64,000 nucleotides of DNA from Candidatus Omnitrophota bacterium (GCA_041653835.1 JBAZEP010000001.1:19082-83081); one strand, 5' to 3'; counted from the first letter of the stretch, positions 18,818-27,444 are shown. Notes: generated from the letters alone by a model not told the origin. Numbers and translations: made by a program.

Positions 18818-20622
18818 ATGATCCTCTCCAGGTCCATTATTATCCCCTCCGCCTCTTTAAGCGTGTTCTCCATATCTTCCCTGGAAAACTTTACCGGCGC
18901 GAACCGGGCCATATCGCAATCATCGAATAATATCTTTACCTTCGCGATGACATCATCTCTTACCCCGGAACCTTTTAATCTATACTCCAGCAGGTCTTTT
19001 GTGATAGACGGATGCGGGATGTTCAATTTATCGGCAATATATTCTATTACCGCCCTGTATATCTCGGTATAAAATTCCCCGGCCGCGTTCCCCGCCATTA
19101 TTTTTTTTGCTCCTTTGAGCCTTTTGGAGGCGGAACCTCGTGCCCGCAGCGACCTCGCGTAGCCTATATCAGTCTTCAACCTGTTTACATACAGGGTATA
19201 TAAATAAAGCGCGATGAGGATAAAAAGCGGGAATATATTAAGCGATAAAAATATTTTATTTTTGTATAGAAATCTATTTTTAGATTTAAGCGCCGTAGGA
19301 AAAAGTTTTATATGCGCTATGTCTTTTTTCAGAAGACGCACTTCTTCCGGGGCAGAGCGCATAATAGCAGCGGGTTCTTCTTTTGATCCCGTGACATTTA
19401 CGGCCATGGCTTCGACCCGTTTATTTACATAGTCTTTCAGGGCGGGGTCGAAATAGCTGTATTCTATGGGGCCTATCGACAACTCCTCTTCCTTGCCGGG
19501 GATTATCATCTTTTCAAATATCTTCTCTCCCTGGACCACATAGTTATCCTTCGAGATATTTTCGGAACTTCCGGCTTCGTAAAATTTAGCGTCCGGGATA
19601 TCCGGGATCGCGGGTGATGATATTGTTTTTATATTGCCTTTTCCTTTTATGCCGATCTTCAGGTTTACAGGCTGGTTTTCTTCCACTGAATTTTTATCGA
19701 CGCTTACGGAGATATCAAAACTTCCCACGTCTCCCTTGAAATTCAGCGGCCTGCCCTGGTCAGGCAAAGGCATTATTTCCACTTTTATAGGTTCCGTCAT
19801 GAGGATCACGGGTTTTCCCCTTTTTAACATTCCGAACGGGTCGCGGTCAAATATATCAAAAGGATTTTTTGAGAAAAACCTGTCTATGTCTTCCACGCTG
19901 GCTTCTAATCTCGCCTGCCCTATCGTGAATTCTCCCGGGCCCGTGGCGAAAAGCGCGGTCTTGATCTCCGTCACAAGATATCTCGTACCGTTTATGATTT
20001 TATAATATTTTTTCTGGGGAGGCATATCTTCCGTCCAAAAACCCGTGGTGGAAGGCGGATTATATACAGGATTATCAAATAAATTAACCGCCTGGTACAC
20101 CGCGAAAGTAAGGGTTATCTGTTCATTCACATATGCCCTGAGCTTATCTACATATGCTTCTATGAAGAGCTCTTTCCCTTGCTCGGGCCTGGCGCCTTCT
20201 TCTCCGGATTGAGCGGGGAGCGGCTGGTTTTGTTGTTGGGCGCCCGGCGGCAATACCTTGATATTTATAGGGCCTGCTGAATATACCTTACCTTTGTAAT
20301 CTATGGTAAAAGGCCCTAACTCGTGATCCCCCGCGCTATTAGGCACCAGTATATAATTAAATGATATCGAACTAGAAATCTTATTGTTTATAATAGACAG
20401 GTTCTGGGATCTTCCTGAAGAATAAGCTGTAAAACCTTTCAACTCCGGGATATCCGGCTGTGGGATATCGGATGCGCTGCCGGTCACGGTTATGGTAAGG
20501 GACAATTGGCTGTCTATGGTGATTTCCCGCTTGTCTGTATCCGCGGAAATACTTATATCATCGGCGTAACAAACCGGGGCTATTAAAAAACCTAATAAAA
20601 AAATGCTTATAATATATCTCAT
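18814..20622 (-). CDS. batD: BatD-like oxygen-tolerance protein
   Basis: 602 aa with a signal peptide, a large beta-rich periplasmic region and a C-terminal TM plus cytoplasmic tail. Its position after batC matches the Bacteroides/Leptospira Bat operon order. Confidence 0.7.
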   Translation of the reverse strand: MRYIISIFLLGFLIAPVCYADDISISADTDKREITIDSQLSLTITVTGSASDIPQPDIPELKGFTAYSSGRSQNLSIINNKISSSISFNYILVPNSAGDHELGPFTIDYKGKVYSAGPINIKVLPPGAQQQNQPLPAQSGEEGARPEQGKELFIEAYVDKLRAYVNEQITLTFAVYQAVNLFDNPVYNPPSTTGFWTEDMPPQKKYYKIINGTRYLVTEIKTALFATGPGEFTIGQARLEASVEDIDRFFSKNPFDIFDRDPFGMLKRGKPVILMTEPIKVEIMPLPDQGRPLNFKGDVGSFDISVSVDKNSVEENQPVNLKIGIKGKGNIKTISSPAIPDIPDAKFYEAGSSENISKDNYVVQGEKIFEKMIIPGKEEELSIGPIEYSYFDPALKDYVNKRVEAMAVNVTGSKEEPAAIMRSAPEEVRLLKKDIAHIKLFPTALKSKNRFLYKNKIFLSLNIFPLFILIALYLYTLYVNRLKTDIGYARSLRARGSASKRLKGAKKIMAGNAAGEFYTEIYRAVIEYIADKLNIPHPSITKDLLEYRLKGSGVRDDVIAKVKILFDDCDMARFAPVKFSREDMENTLKEAEGIIMDLERII

Positions 20623-20628
20623 ATCCCA

Positions 20629-20665
20629 AAGGCGACAAAAATGACACTGTCACTTTTGTCGCCTT
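20629..20665. repeat. Core-palindrome element copy 1: 12-bp perfect stem AAGGCGACAAAA/TTTTGTCGCCTT around TGACACTGTCA
   Basis: Intergenic between batC and batD. Sequence is aaggcgacaaaa-aTGACACTGTCAc-ttttgtcgcctt. The same 11-nt core recurs at 36827-36837 and 49265-49275 inside different perfect stems. Confidence 0.7.
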
Positions 20666-20676
20666 ACGTAGTGTCG

Positions 20677-21441
20677 TTACCAGTCTTTATCCACTCTATA
20701 CCGGCCTTCCGCAGGCCTCTTCCTTAACTCTTCCTGTAAATCTTTTTCGTCATCCTTTACCGCGTCCAGGAGCCTGACCGCGTCTTCTCTGGACATCTGC
20801 TCTTCGCGCTCTGCTGTAGAAGGCTTTTTCTCGGCACCCTCAGTCTCAGGCTTTTCTTCCCCGGCGGACTTCTGTTTATTTTCCTGCATCCCGTTCCCTT
20901 CTTCGGGTTTTTCCTGTTCCGCTTTCTGCCCCTGTGCTTCCTGCTGTTCAGCGCTTTTCTGTTCTTGTTTTTCCTCTTCCCCTTTGCCTTGTTCCTGCTT
21001 AGATTCCTGTTCCTTCTGTTCTTCCAGCTTCTTTTTTATGAACTCTATATTATATTTAGCGTCTTCGTCATCCGGATTTATCTCAAGGCTTTTTTTATAA
21101 TCCTCTATCGCCTCGGGTAATTTTCCCATCCTGTAATGCGTATTGCCCATATTATAATACGCCTTTTGCCGGAGTTCACTATCTTTTGAATCAAGTGTTC
21201 TTTGGTATTGGTTGAACGCGTCTTCATATTTCTCCAGCTCGTACAGGCCGTTGCCTATATTATAACGGAGCTTCCCGTTCTCCGGATTTTCCGTCTGCGC
21301 CTCGCGCCATTTGGACAGCGCCTCGTCGATCTTCCCTTCTTTATAGAGCCTGCCCGCCTCTTTATTCTTCGAGACAAGGGAATCGCCCCAAGTCCAGCCA
21401 AGAGTTGAAACACAGAATAAAAATATCAGCGCGAGTCTCAT
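20677..21441 (-). CDS. batC: BatC-like TPR-repeat protein with Glu/Lys/Gln-rich low-complexity C-terminus
   Basis: Signal peptide and TPR repeats (YYNMGNTHYRMGKLPEAIEDYKKSLEINP) are followed by an acidic low-complexity tail. Confidence 0.7.
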   Translation of the reverse strand: MRLALIFLFCVSTLGWTWGDSLVSKNKEAGRLYKEGKIDEALSKWREAQTENPENGKLRYNIGNGLYELEKYEDAFNQYQRTLDSKDSELRQKAYYNMGNTHYRMGKLPEAIEDYKKSLEINPDDEDAKYNIEFIKKKLEEQKEQESKQEQGKGEEEKQEQKSAEQQEAQGQKAEQEKPEEGNGMQENKQKSAGEEKPETEGAEKKPSTAEREEQMSREDAVRLLDAVKDDEKDLQEELRKRPAEGRYRVDKDW

Positions 21442-22439
21442 TTCTTTTTCTTATCTCCTATTATAAACTCCACGCACAATAATATCAAAGCTATCCCGAG
21501 AAAATACTGGAACCTGTCTTCATATCGCGTAAACAGCCTGCTCGAAAGTTCTTTCTTTTCCATTTTGCTTATATCGCCATAAATCCTGTCAAGCTCCAAC
21601 CCGCCGGCCGTAGCGCGATAATATTTACCGTCCGTAACAAGCGCTATCTTCCGGAGCGTCTCCTCATCCAGCCTGCTCATTACAACCTCTCCCCTCTTGT
21701 CTTTTTTATATCCGCTTGTCTGGCCGGACTGATCCACGACAGGGATAGGCTCGCCTTTTGATGTGCCTATACCTATTGTATATACAACGATGCCCGCTTT
21801 TTTAGCCTCATTGGCGGCCCCTATCGGGTCTGTGTCATGGTCTTCACCGTCCGTTAGAAGCACCAGCACCTTATGTTTTCTCTCTTTTTTCGCGAACCCT
21901 TTCACGGCATTTTTGATCGCGTCCCCTATGGCTGTTCCGGGCTTAGGCATCATGCCCGGCGATATCACGCTCAAAAACATTTTCGCCGCGTTATAATCCA
22001 GCGTCAATGGGCATTGCATAAAACTATTTCCCTCGAAGGTAAGGATACCTATCCTGTCGCCTTTTAATTTATCGATAAGAGACCTGATCTCCAGTTTGGC
22101 CTTTTCCAGCCTGTCCGGCTTTATGTCCCGGGCCCGCATGCTCAAAGACGTGTCTATGGCTATTATGATATCAACCCCGTAACGTTTCGCCATGGTAAGG
22201 CTGGCGCCGAGCTGGGGCATGGCCAAAGAAAAAATTAAGAAGATCACGGTTATTGTTATTAAAATTTTTTTCGCTTTTTCCTTGGCCGGGCTTTTTGATA
22301 AAAAAAGCTTTTCTATCAAAACCGGGTCCCCGAATTTTTCTATCTTCCTCCTTCTATCTATCGCGATAAATATGTAAAACACCGCCAATAGCGGTATCAA
22401 TAAAAAAAGGTTAAGGTATGCGGGCGAGCCCCAATGCAT
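21438..22439 (-). CDS. batB: BatB-like von Willebrand factor A domain membrane protein
   Basis: Carries two N-terminal TM helices and a VWA MIDAS motif DTSLSM ... LLTDGEDHD. Confidence 0.8.
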   Translation of the reverse strand: MHWGSPAYLNLFLLIPLLAVFYIFIAIDRRRKIEKFGDPVLIEKLFLSKSPAKEKAKKILITITVIFLIFSLAMPQLGASLTMAKRYGVDIIIAIDTSLSMRARDIKPDRLEKAKLEIRSLIDKLKGDRIGILTFEGNSFMQCPLTLDYNAAKMFLSVISPGMMPKPGTAIGDAIKNAVKGFAKKERKHKVLVLLTDGEDHDTDPIGAANEAKKAGIVVYTIGIGTSKGEPIPVVDQSGQTSGYKKDKRGEVVMSRLDEETLRKIALVTDGKYYRATAGGLELDRIYGDISKMEKKELSSRLFTRYEDRFQYFLGIALILLCVEFIIGDKKKK

Positions 22440-22447
22440 AAAAACTC

Positions 22448-23455
22448 CTAAGGTATTTTTCTGAACATGGTGTTGGCCAGCGCTGTCTCCGCGAGAAGCA
22501 GTATGAAACCGGGCAATATGAAAAACCCCGCTAACTCGGTATAGTCCGCGTATTCCTTTGTCTCTATCTTTGTTTTTTCAAGCTTGCCTATCGTATCGTA
22601 AATCTCCCTCAATCCGTCTTTATCCTTTGCCCTGAAATACAACCCGCCCGTATCGGCGGCTATAGTTTTAAGGAGTGCTTCGTCTATTTCTGTTTCCACG
22701 CGCACATATCTTTTTCCGAAAAAAGGATCATCCATCGGATACATGGCGCCGCCCGGTTTTCCCGCGCCTATTGTATATATCTTTATCCCGAGCGCCTTTG
22801 CCGCCCTGGCCGCGGTCAGGGGATCTATGGTGCCGGTGTTATTGATGCCATCCGTCAAAAGTATGATTATCCTGCTTTTCGCGCCGGAATCCCTGAGCCT
22901 GTTTACGGCATTGGCGATCGCCATGCCTATGGCGGTCCCGTCTTCTATCATGCCTATATCCACTTTATCCAGGAGCTCCAGGAGCGTCCCATAGTCGATA
23001 GTGAGGGGGCACTGGGTCATGCTGTATCTTGAAAAAATAACCAGGCCAATCCTGTCATTCTGCCTGGATATTATGAACTCTCTTAAAGCATCTTTTGCCG
23101 CGCCCAATCTGTTCTGCGGGACAAAATCTTCGGCTTTCATACTGCCCGAGATATCCAGAGTAAGCATAATATCGATGCCCTCGGTTATTATCTCTTCCTC
23201 CTTTTGCCCTGCCTGGGGCCTGGCGAGCGCCAGGATAAAAATAAATACAGCGGCCATCCTCAATATCATAGGCAGATGCCTGTATCTGACGCGCATCCCG
23301 GGAGTTATATTCTTGGGAATGGCTATGTCTGAAAATATGATCCCTGCTTCGCGCAATTTAGCCCGCCTGAAATAATACCAGATAAGCAACGGGATGACAC
23401 CGAGCAATAATAAAAATAAAGGATTGGCGAATCTCATTAAAACCTCAAAACCCAA
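22448..23455 (-). CDS. batA: BatA-like von Willebrand factor A domain membrane protein
   Basis: Carries N-terminal TM helices and a VWA MIDAS motif DISGSM ... LLTDGINN. Confidence 0.8.
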   Translation of the reverse strand: MGFEVLMRFANPLFLLLLGVIPLLIWYYFRRAKLREAGIIFSDIAIPKNITPGMRVRYRHLPMILRMAAVFIFILALARPQAGQKEEEIITEGIDIMLTLDISGSMKAEDFVPQNRLGAAKDALREFIISRQNDRIGLVIFSRYSMTQCPLTIDYGTLLELLDKVDIGMIEDGTAIGMAIANAVNRLRDSGAKSRIIILLTDGINNTGTIDPLTAARAAKALGIKIYTIGAGKPGGAMYPMDDPFFGKRYVRVETEIDEALLKTIAADTGGLYFRAKDKDGLREIYDTIGKLEKTKIETKEYADYTELAGFFILPGFILLLAETALANTMFRKIP

Positions 23456-23467
23456 ACCCGCATTGGG

Positions 23468-23980
23468 TCACCCCAATGCGGGTTTGGGGGTGGTCACATC
23501 TACAATCTCTTCCGCTTTTTTATATGCCTCTTCTGTTTCTTCCACGGCAGGCGTATATTTCGCGAATTTAACCATATCGCAGTCTTCAAGAAAACTATTT
23601 ATCGTGTCCGCGTGCCGGCGTTCCATGCCTGTAGACCTCATCTCCTGAAAAAGCTCCCACGTAGTCCTGTCCATGGCGGATATGACAAACCTGTTTTCTA
23701 TATATGCCCTGATTATATCCGAAAGCCTTATATAATATTCTTTGATCATTCCTTTTTCCGCGAGCCGCATGCCTTTAAGGGCATTTAAAGCATCCCTGGC
23801 TATCTCATCCGCCGGCCTCGGGGACAGGGAAGGCCCCTCTTTTTTCCTTTTTTTAATCCTAAAGTACATAATGACTGCTGTTATGATAAGTAACGCTAAA
23901 AGCAAAGCAAGAAGCCGGGCAAGCGGAAATTTCCCGGCTATATCCACAATGTCTTTTAACGGCCTTATATCATCATTCAT
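23468..23980 (-). CDS. Small membrane protein of MoxR-VWA operons (DUF4381-like)
   Basis: 170 aa with one N-terminal TM helix and a cytoplasmic helical domain. It sits between the DUF58 and VWA genes, as in described Bat operons. Confidence 0.45.
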   Translation of the reverse strand: MNDDIRPLKDIVDIAGKFPLARLLALLLALLIITAVIMYFRIKKRKKEGPSLSPRPADEIARDALNALKGMRLAEKGMIKEYYIRLSDIIRAYIENRFVISAMDRTTWELFQEMRSTGMERRHADTINSFLEDCDMVKFAKYTPAVEETEEAYKKAEEIVDVTTPKPALG

Positions 23981-24198
23981 CCGCTGATCTCCGCTATTTT
24001 TTTATTGCTTGTCCCGCCCGATACTATCCTGATATCGCGTTCCCTGACGCCGAATTTCACCGAAAGAAGTTCTATTACCCTTTTATTCGCCTTCCCTCTT
24101 TCCGGCGGAGGGGATACCTTTACCTTGTAATTATTTTCCGATATCTTTTCAACACCCTCTCTTTTAGCTCCCGCTATAACCTTTAAATTTATTTTCAT
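23977..24198 (-). CDS. DUF167 / YggU-family small protein
   Basis: 73 aa. The stretch VKVSPPPERGKANKRVIELLSVKFGVRERDIRIVSGGTSNKKIAEI matches the YggU pattern (..apP.dGkAN..l...L...f.v....v.i..G..sr.K.v.i). It has 4-nt overlaps with both neighbouring genes. Confidence 0.6.
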   Translation of the reverse strand: MKINLKVIAGAKREGVEKISENNYKVKVSPPPERGKANKRVIELLSVKFGVRERDIRIVSGGTSNKKIAEISG

Positions 24199-24208
24199 AA
24201 TATCACCT

Positions 24209-25087
24209 CTACCGGAATCTTCTAGCGCGCATCTTGAAAAAACGTATCAACGGCTGTATATAAGGTTTATCCGTGGAGATGTCTATTGAATCGATGCCGA
24301 TGGACCTGAATGCCTTATTCCTGGCGTCCACGGAAAAATCCTTTTTCTTCGCGAACTCCTTTTTTAGGGAACTATCCCCTGTATCAACGAATAAAATCTC
24401 CCCGGTTTCCGCGTCCTCGAATTCCACAAGGCCTATATCTGGAAGTATTTTTTCCGCGGGATCGGATATGGAGATAGCCGTGATATCATGCCGTTTATTG
24501 ATTATCCTCAGGAGTTTCTCGTAACCGGAATCCATAAAATCCGAGATAAGGAATACGACCGAACGTTTATTCAGGACTCTGCCAAGATATTCAAGCGCGG
24601 AATTTATGGATGTTTTCCTGGACCCGGGCTTATAATACAGGAGTTCCCTTATCACCCTCAATACATGCGGCCTGCCTTTTTGGGGGGGGATGAATTTTTC
24701 CACTTTATCCGTGAATAACAAGAGCCCTATCTTGTCGTTATTTTTTATAGCGCTGAGAGAAAGCACCGCCCCTATCTCCGCCATCAATTCCGTCTTCATC
24801 TTGTTCCTGGTGCCGAAACCCCCGGAACCGCTGATGTCAGCCATTATTATTACGGTAAGTTCCCTTTCTTCTACGAATTTTTTGACGTATGGATGGCCTG
24901 TCCTGGCGGTGACGTTCCAGTCTATCGAACGTATGTCGTCGCCCGGCACATATTCCCGGACCTCGTGGAACTCCATGCCCCTGCCTTTGAATACAGACTC
25001 GTATTCTCCGGCAAAGACATCGTTCACGAGCCTCCCGGTCATTATCTCTATCTGCCTGACTTTCTTTAGGATTTCCTTCGGGATCAT
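24209..25087 (-). CDS. DUF58 protein (VWA-like, MoxR partner)
   Basis: 292 aa with a DUF58-type motif around ELTVIIMADISGSGGFG and DKIGLLLFTD. It overlaps moxR by 4 nt. Confidence 0.8.
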   Translation of the reverse strand: MIPKEILKKVRQIEIMTGRLVNDVFAGEYESVFKGRGMEFHEVREYVPGDDIRSIDWNVTARTGHPYVKKFVEERELTVIIMADISGSGGFGTRNKMKTELMAEIGAVLSLSAIKNNDKIGLLLFTDKVEKFIPPQKGRPHVLRVIRELLYYKPGSRKTSINSALEYLGRVLNKRSVVFLISDFMDSGYEKLLRIINKRHDITAISISDPAEKILPDIGLVEFEDAETGEILFVDTGDSSLKKEFAKKKDFSVDARNKAFRSIGIDSIDISTDKPYIQPLIRFFKMRARRFR

Positions 25088-26091
25088 GGAACTTCTATTT
25101 CATCAAAAATTTTCTTTACTATATCCTCGCTCGTCATCTCTTCGGCCTCCGCTTCGTAGGTAACGATAACGCGGTGCCTGAGGATATCCATGCCCACCGC
25201 CTTTATATCCTCGGGGATCACATAACCCCTGCCGCGTATAAAGGCATGCGCCTTACTGGCTATATTAAGGTATATCGATGCCCTCGGGGACGCCCCATAG
25301 GCGATGAAATTTTTTATGTTCAGTTTATAGTCTTCGGGTAAACGCGTCGCGTAAACTATATTCACTATGTAATCTTTTATTTTTTCATCCATATATATCT
25401 CATTCACTATCTCCCTGGCCTTCAGGATATCCTGCGGAGAGACTATCGCCTTTACTTCTTCCGGGTTATGCCCTGCCATGCGCTCCATAATTTCCTTTTC
25501 TTCTTTCTTATCCGGATATACTACCTTTATTTTCAGCATGAACCTGTCTATCTGCGCCTCGGGCAGGGGATATGTCCCCTCCTGCTCTATGGGGTTCTGC
25601 GTAGCGAGTACCAGGAATGGCTCTTCCAGCGGAAAGGTTTTTTCTCCTATGGTAACCTGCCTTTCCTGCATAGCTTCAAGAAGCGCGCTCTGCACCTTCG
25701 CGGGTGCCCTGTTGATCTCATCCGCGAGTATAAGATTCGAGAATATAGGGCCTTTTTTTGTAGTGAAAGTTCCGTCTTTAGGATTATATATAGGCGTCCC
25801 TATTAAGTCCGCTGGTAATAGATCAGGCGTGAATTGAATTCGCTGGAATTTAGTCTGGATACATCTGGCAAGCGTTTTGACCGCGAGCGTCTTGGCTAAG
25901 CCGGGTACTCCTTCTATCAATATATGGCCGTTCGCCAGGATGGCTATAAGGAGCCTGTCCACAAGATAACGCTGTCCTACTATCACCTTTGATAACTCCC
26001 GCGTTATTTCCTGGATAAACAGGCTTGAGCCTTTGACCTTCTCGTTGATTTGTCTGATGTCCTGGCCGTACTTTGGGTTGAAATCGGTCAT
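25084..26091 (-). CDS. moxR: MoxR-family AAA+ ATPase
   Basis: Walker A reads ILIEGVPGLAKT, with Walker B/sensor in the MoxR arrangement. It is the first gene of the Bat operon. Confidence 0.9.
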   Translation of the reverse strand: MTDFNPKYGQDIRQINEKVKGSSLFIQEITRELSKVIVGQRYLVDRLLIAILANGHILIEGVPGLAKTLAVKTLARCIQTKFQRIQFTPDLLPADLIGTPIYNPKDGTFTTKKGPIFSNLILADEINRAPAKVQSALLEAMQERQVTIGEKTFPLEEPFLVLATQNPIEQEGTYPLPEAQIDRFMLKIKVVYPDKKEEKEIMERMAGHNPEEVKAIVSPQDILKAREIVNEIYMDEKIKDYIVNIVYATRLPEDYKLNIKNFIAYGASPRASIYLNIASKAHAFIRGRGYVIPEDIKAVGMDILRHRVIVTYEAEAEEMTSEDIVKKIFDEIEVP

Positions 26092-26096
26092 ATTTA

Positions 26097-26169
26097 CCTC
26101 CGAATTTTGTGAAACAAAATTCGTCCCGAGTCCGCCCCGCCACCAAAGATGGCGGTCGAGACGAGGGAC
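26097..26169 (-). ncRNA. Structured 5' leader element copy 1: P1 GUCCC/GGGAC enclosing a CGCCA/UGGCG hairpin, then an AU-rich hairpin, then SD GGAGG and the moxR ATG
   Basis: Minus strand reads GTCCCTCGTCTCGACCGCCATCTTTGGTGGCGGGGCGGACTCGGGACGAATTTTGTTTCACAAAATTCGGAGGtaaatATG. Two further copies, with compensatory stem substitutions, are at 53859-53924 and 43683-43757. Confidence 0.6.
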
Positions 26170-26177
26170 TTTTTCCT

Positions 26178-27011
26178 TTATATTTGCATATTCTCCAATC
26201 TTTTTACCCTCTCCCTTATAGGCGGGTGCGTGCTGAAAAGCGCGGCTATGGCGCTGGCGCTCAAAGGATTTACTATAAATAAATGCGCTGTTGCCTGGTT
26301 TGCGGCCATTGGATAAACCTTATTGCCTTTTTCTAATTTTAAAAGCGCGCGGCTTAACCCTGAAGTATTACCCGCTATCCTCGCGCCTTTTGTGTCCGCG
26401 GCGTATTCCCTGGTCCTGGAAATCGCTAGTTGTATCAGCATAGCGGCTATGGGCGCCACTATCAGCATGACCAGCACCCCTATTCCGTTCCTGTCCCTCG
26501 AGGACCTGCCTCCGAATATAGCCGCCCACCTTGCCCAGTTGGCTATCATGGTGATCGCGCCCGCGATAGTAGCTGTTACGGTCATTATCAGGGTGTCCCT
26601 GTTCTTTATATGCGAAAGTTCATGCGCTATTACGCCTTTCAATTCTTCCCTGTCCAGGAGATTCAATATACCCTGGGTAACGCACACAGCCGCGTGTTTG
26701 GGTGAACGGCCCGTGGCAAAGGCATTAGGGGTGTCCTGCGGGGCTATGTATATTTTAGGCATAGGCATATCAGCTGACATCACAAGGGTTTTGACTATAT
26801 TATAAAGTTCAGGCACTTCTTTTATGTCCGCTTCCTTGGCCCTGTACATCTTAAGCACTATCTTATCGCTTAGCCAATACGACACCATATTCATCATAAA
26901 AGCGAATATAAACGCGTAGATAGCGCCTGCTTGTCCCCCGAAATACCCGCCTATTAATACAAAAATCATGGTCAGGATGACCAGCAATAGGCCTGTTTTG
27001 ATATAATTCAT
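26178..27011 (-). CDS. htpX: Zinc metalloprotease HtpX (M48 family)
   Basis: Carries the HELSH zinc motif, 4 TM helices and the typical 277-aa length. SD GAGGAGG lies upstream of its ATG. Confidence 0.9.
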   Translation of the reverse strand: MNYIKTGLLLVILTMIFVLIGGYFGGQAGAIYAFIFAFMMNMVSYWLSDKIVLKMYRAKEADIKEVPELYNIVKTLVMSADMPMPKIYIAPQDTPNAFATGRSPKHAAVCVTQGILNLLDREELKGVIAHELSHIKNRDTLIMTVTATIAGAITMIANWARWAAIFGGRSSRDRNGIGVLVMLIVAPIAAMLIQLAISRTREYAADTKGARIAGNTSGLSRALLKLEKGNKVYPMAANQATAHLFIVNPLSASAIAALFSTHPPIRERVKRLENMQI

Positions 27012-27070
27012 AAATCCTCCTCAAATGAGCAGGCAACTTACATCGCGCCAATGTGCTCCGTAAGTCATGT

Positions 27071-27101
27071 CCTCACTTAAATGAAGAGAGCCCTCATGCC
27101 G
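27071..27101 (-). terminator. Rho-independent terminator downstream of the small membrane protein gene
   Basis: Hairpin GAGCCCT-catgccgc-AGGGCTC is followed on the minus strand by the U-rich run TCTTCATTT. Confidence 0.5.
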
Positions 27102-27139
27102 CAGGGCTCATCTTCGATTAATCATATTTTATAACAACC

Positions 27140-27364
27140 TTATTTCTTCTCTTCTGTCTTGGGTTTCGCTTCTTCTTTCTTCGCCTGCATACAGTCTTTT
27201 ACTTCGCTTATGCCGGCAAAAAGAGCCGCGAGGCCGCCTAAGATCAATATAGGTGGAACCGAACCTTTAAGCAGTGTCACAAAACTATACCACCATGTCG
27301 CGAGGCCCCATATACCTAATATAATGCTTATTAGTCCGCCAAGTACTGTTATATATTTACCCAT
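27140..27364 (-). CDS. Small two-TM membrane protein with Lys/Glu-rich tail
   Basis: 74 aa with two hydrophobic helices and a charged KKEEAKPKTEEKK tail. It has a strong SD AAGGAGGAG, its own consensus promoter and its own terminator. Confidence 0.45.
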   Translation of the reverse strand: MGKYITVLGGLISIILGIWGLATWWYSFVTLLKGSVPPILILGGLAALFAGISEVKDCMQAKKEEAKPKTEEKK

Positions 27365-27400
27365 TTTTACTCCTCCTTTTACTATTTTAACGATATCAAT

Positions 27401-27444
27401 TTATACCATTTAAAGGCGGGATTGTCAATACCTTTATAGGTATT
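27401..27444 (-). promoter_or_regulatory. Sigma70 promoter TTGACA-N17-TATAAA with an overlapping 18-bp palindrome AATACCTTTATAGGTATT (candidate operator)
   Basis: In plus coordinates the -35 box is at 27424-27429 and the -10 box at 27401-27406. The palindrome at 27427-27444 overlaps the -35 box and the stop codon of the upstream lipoprotein gene. Confidence 0.45.

Noticed and set aside
25850-26146. ORFs 25850..26146 and 53807..54004 share a peptide DEFC(F/S)TKFGG, which at first looked like a conserved small protein.
   Set aside because: The shared peptide is an out-of-frame translation of the repeated ~70-nt leader element. One ORF lies inside moxR in another frame and the other crosses the element, so this is nucleotide-level repetition and not a protein family.
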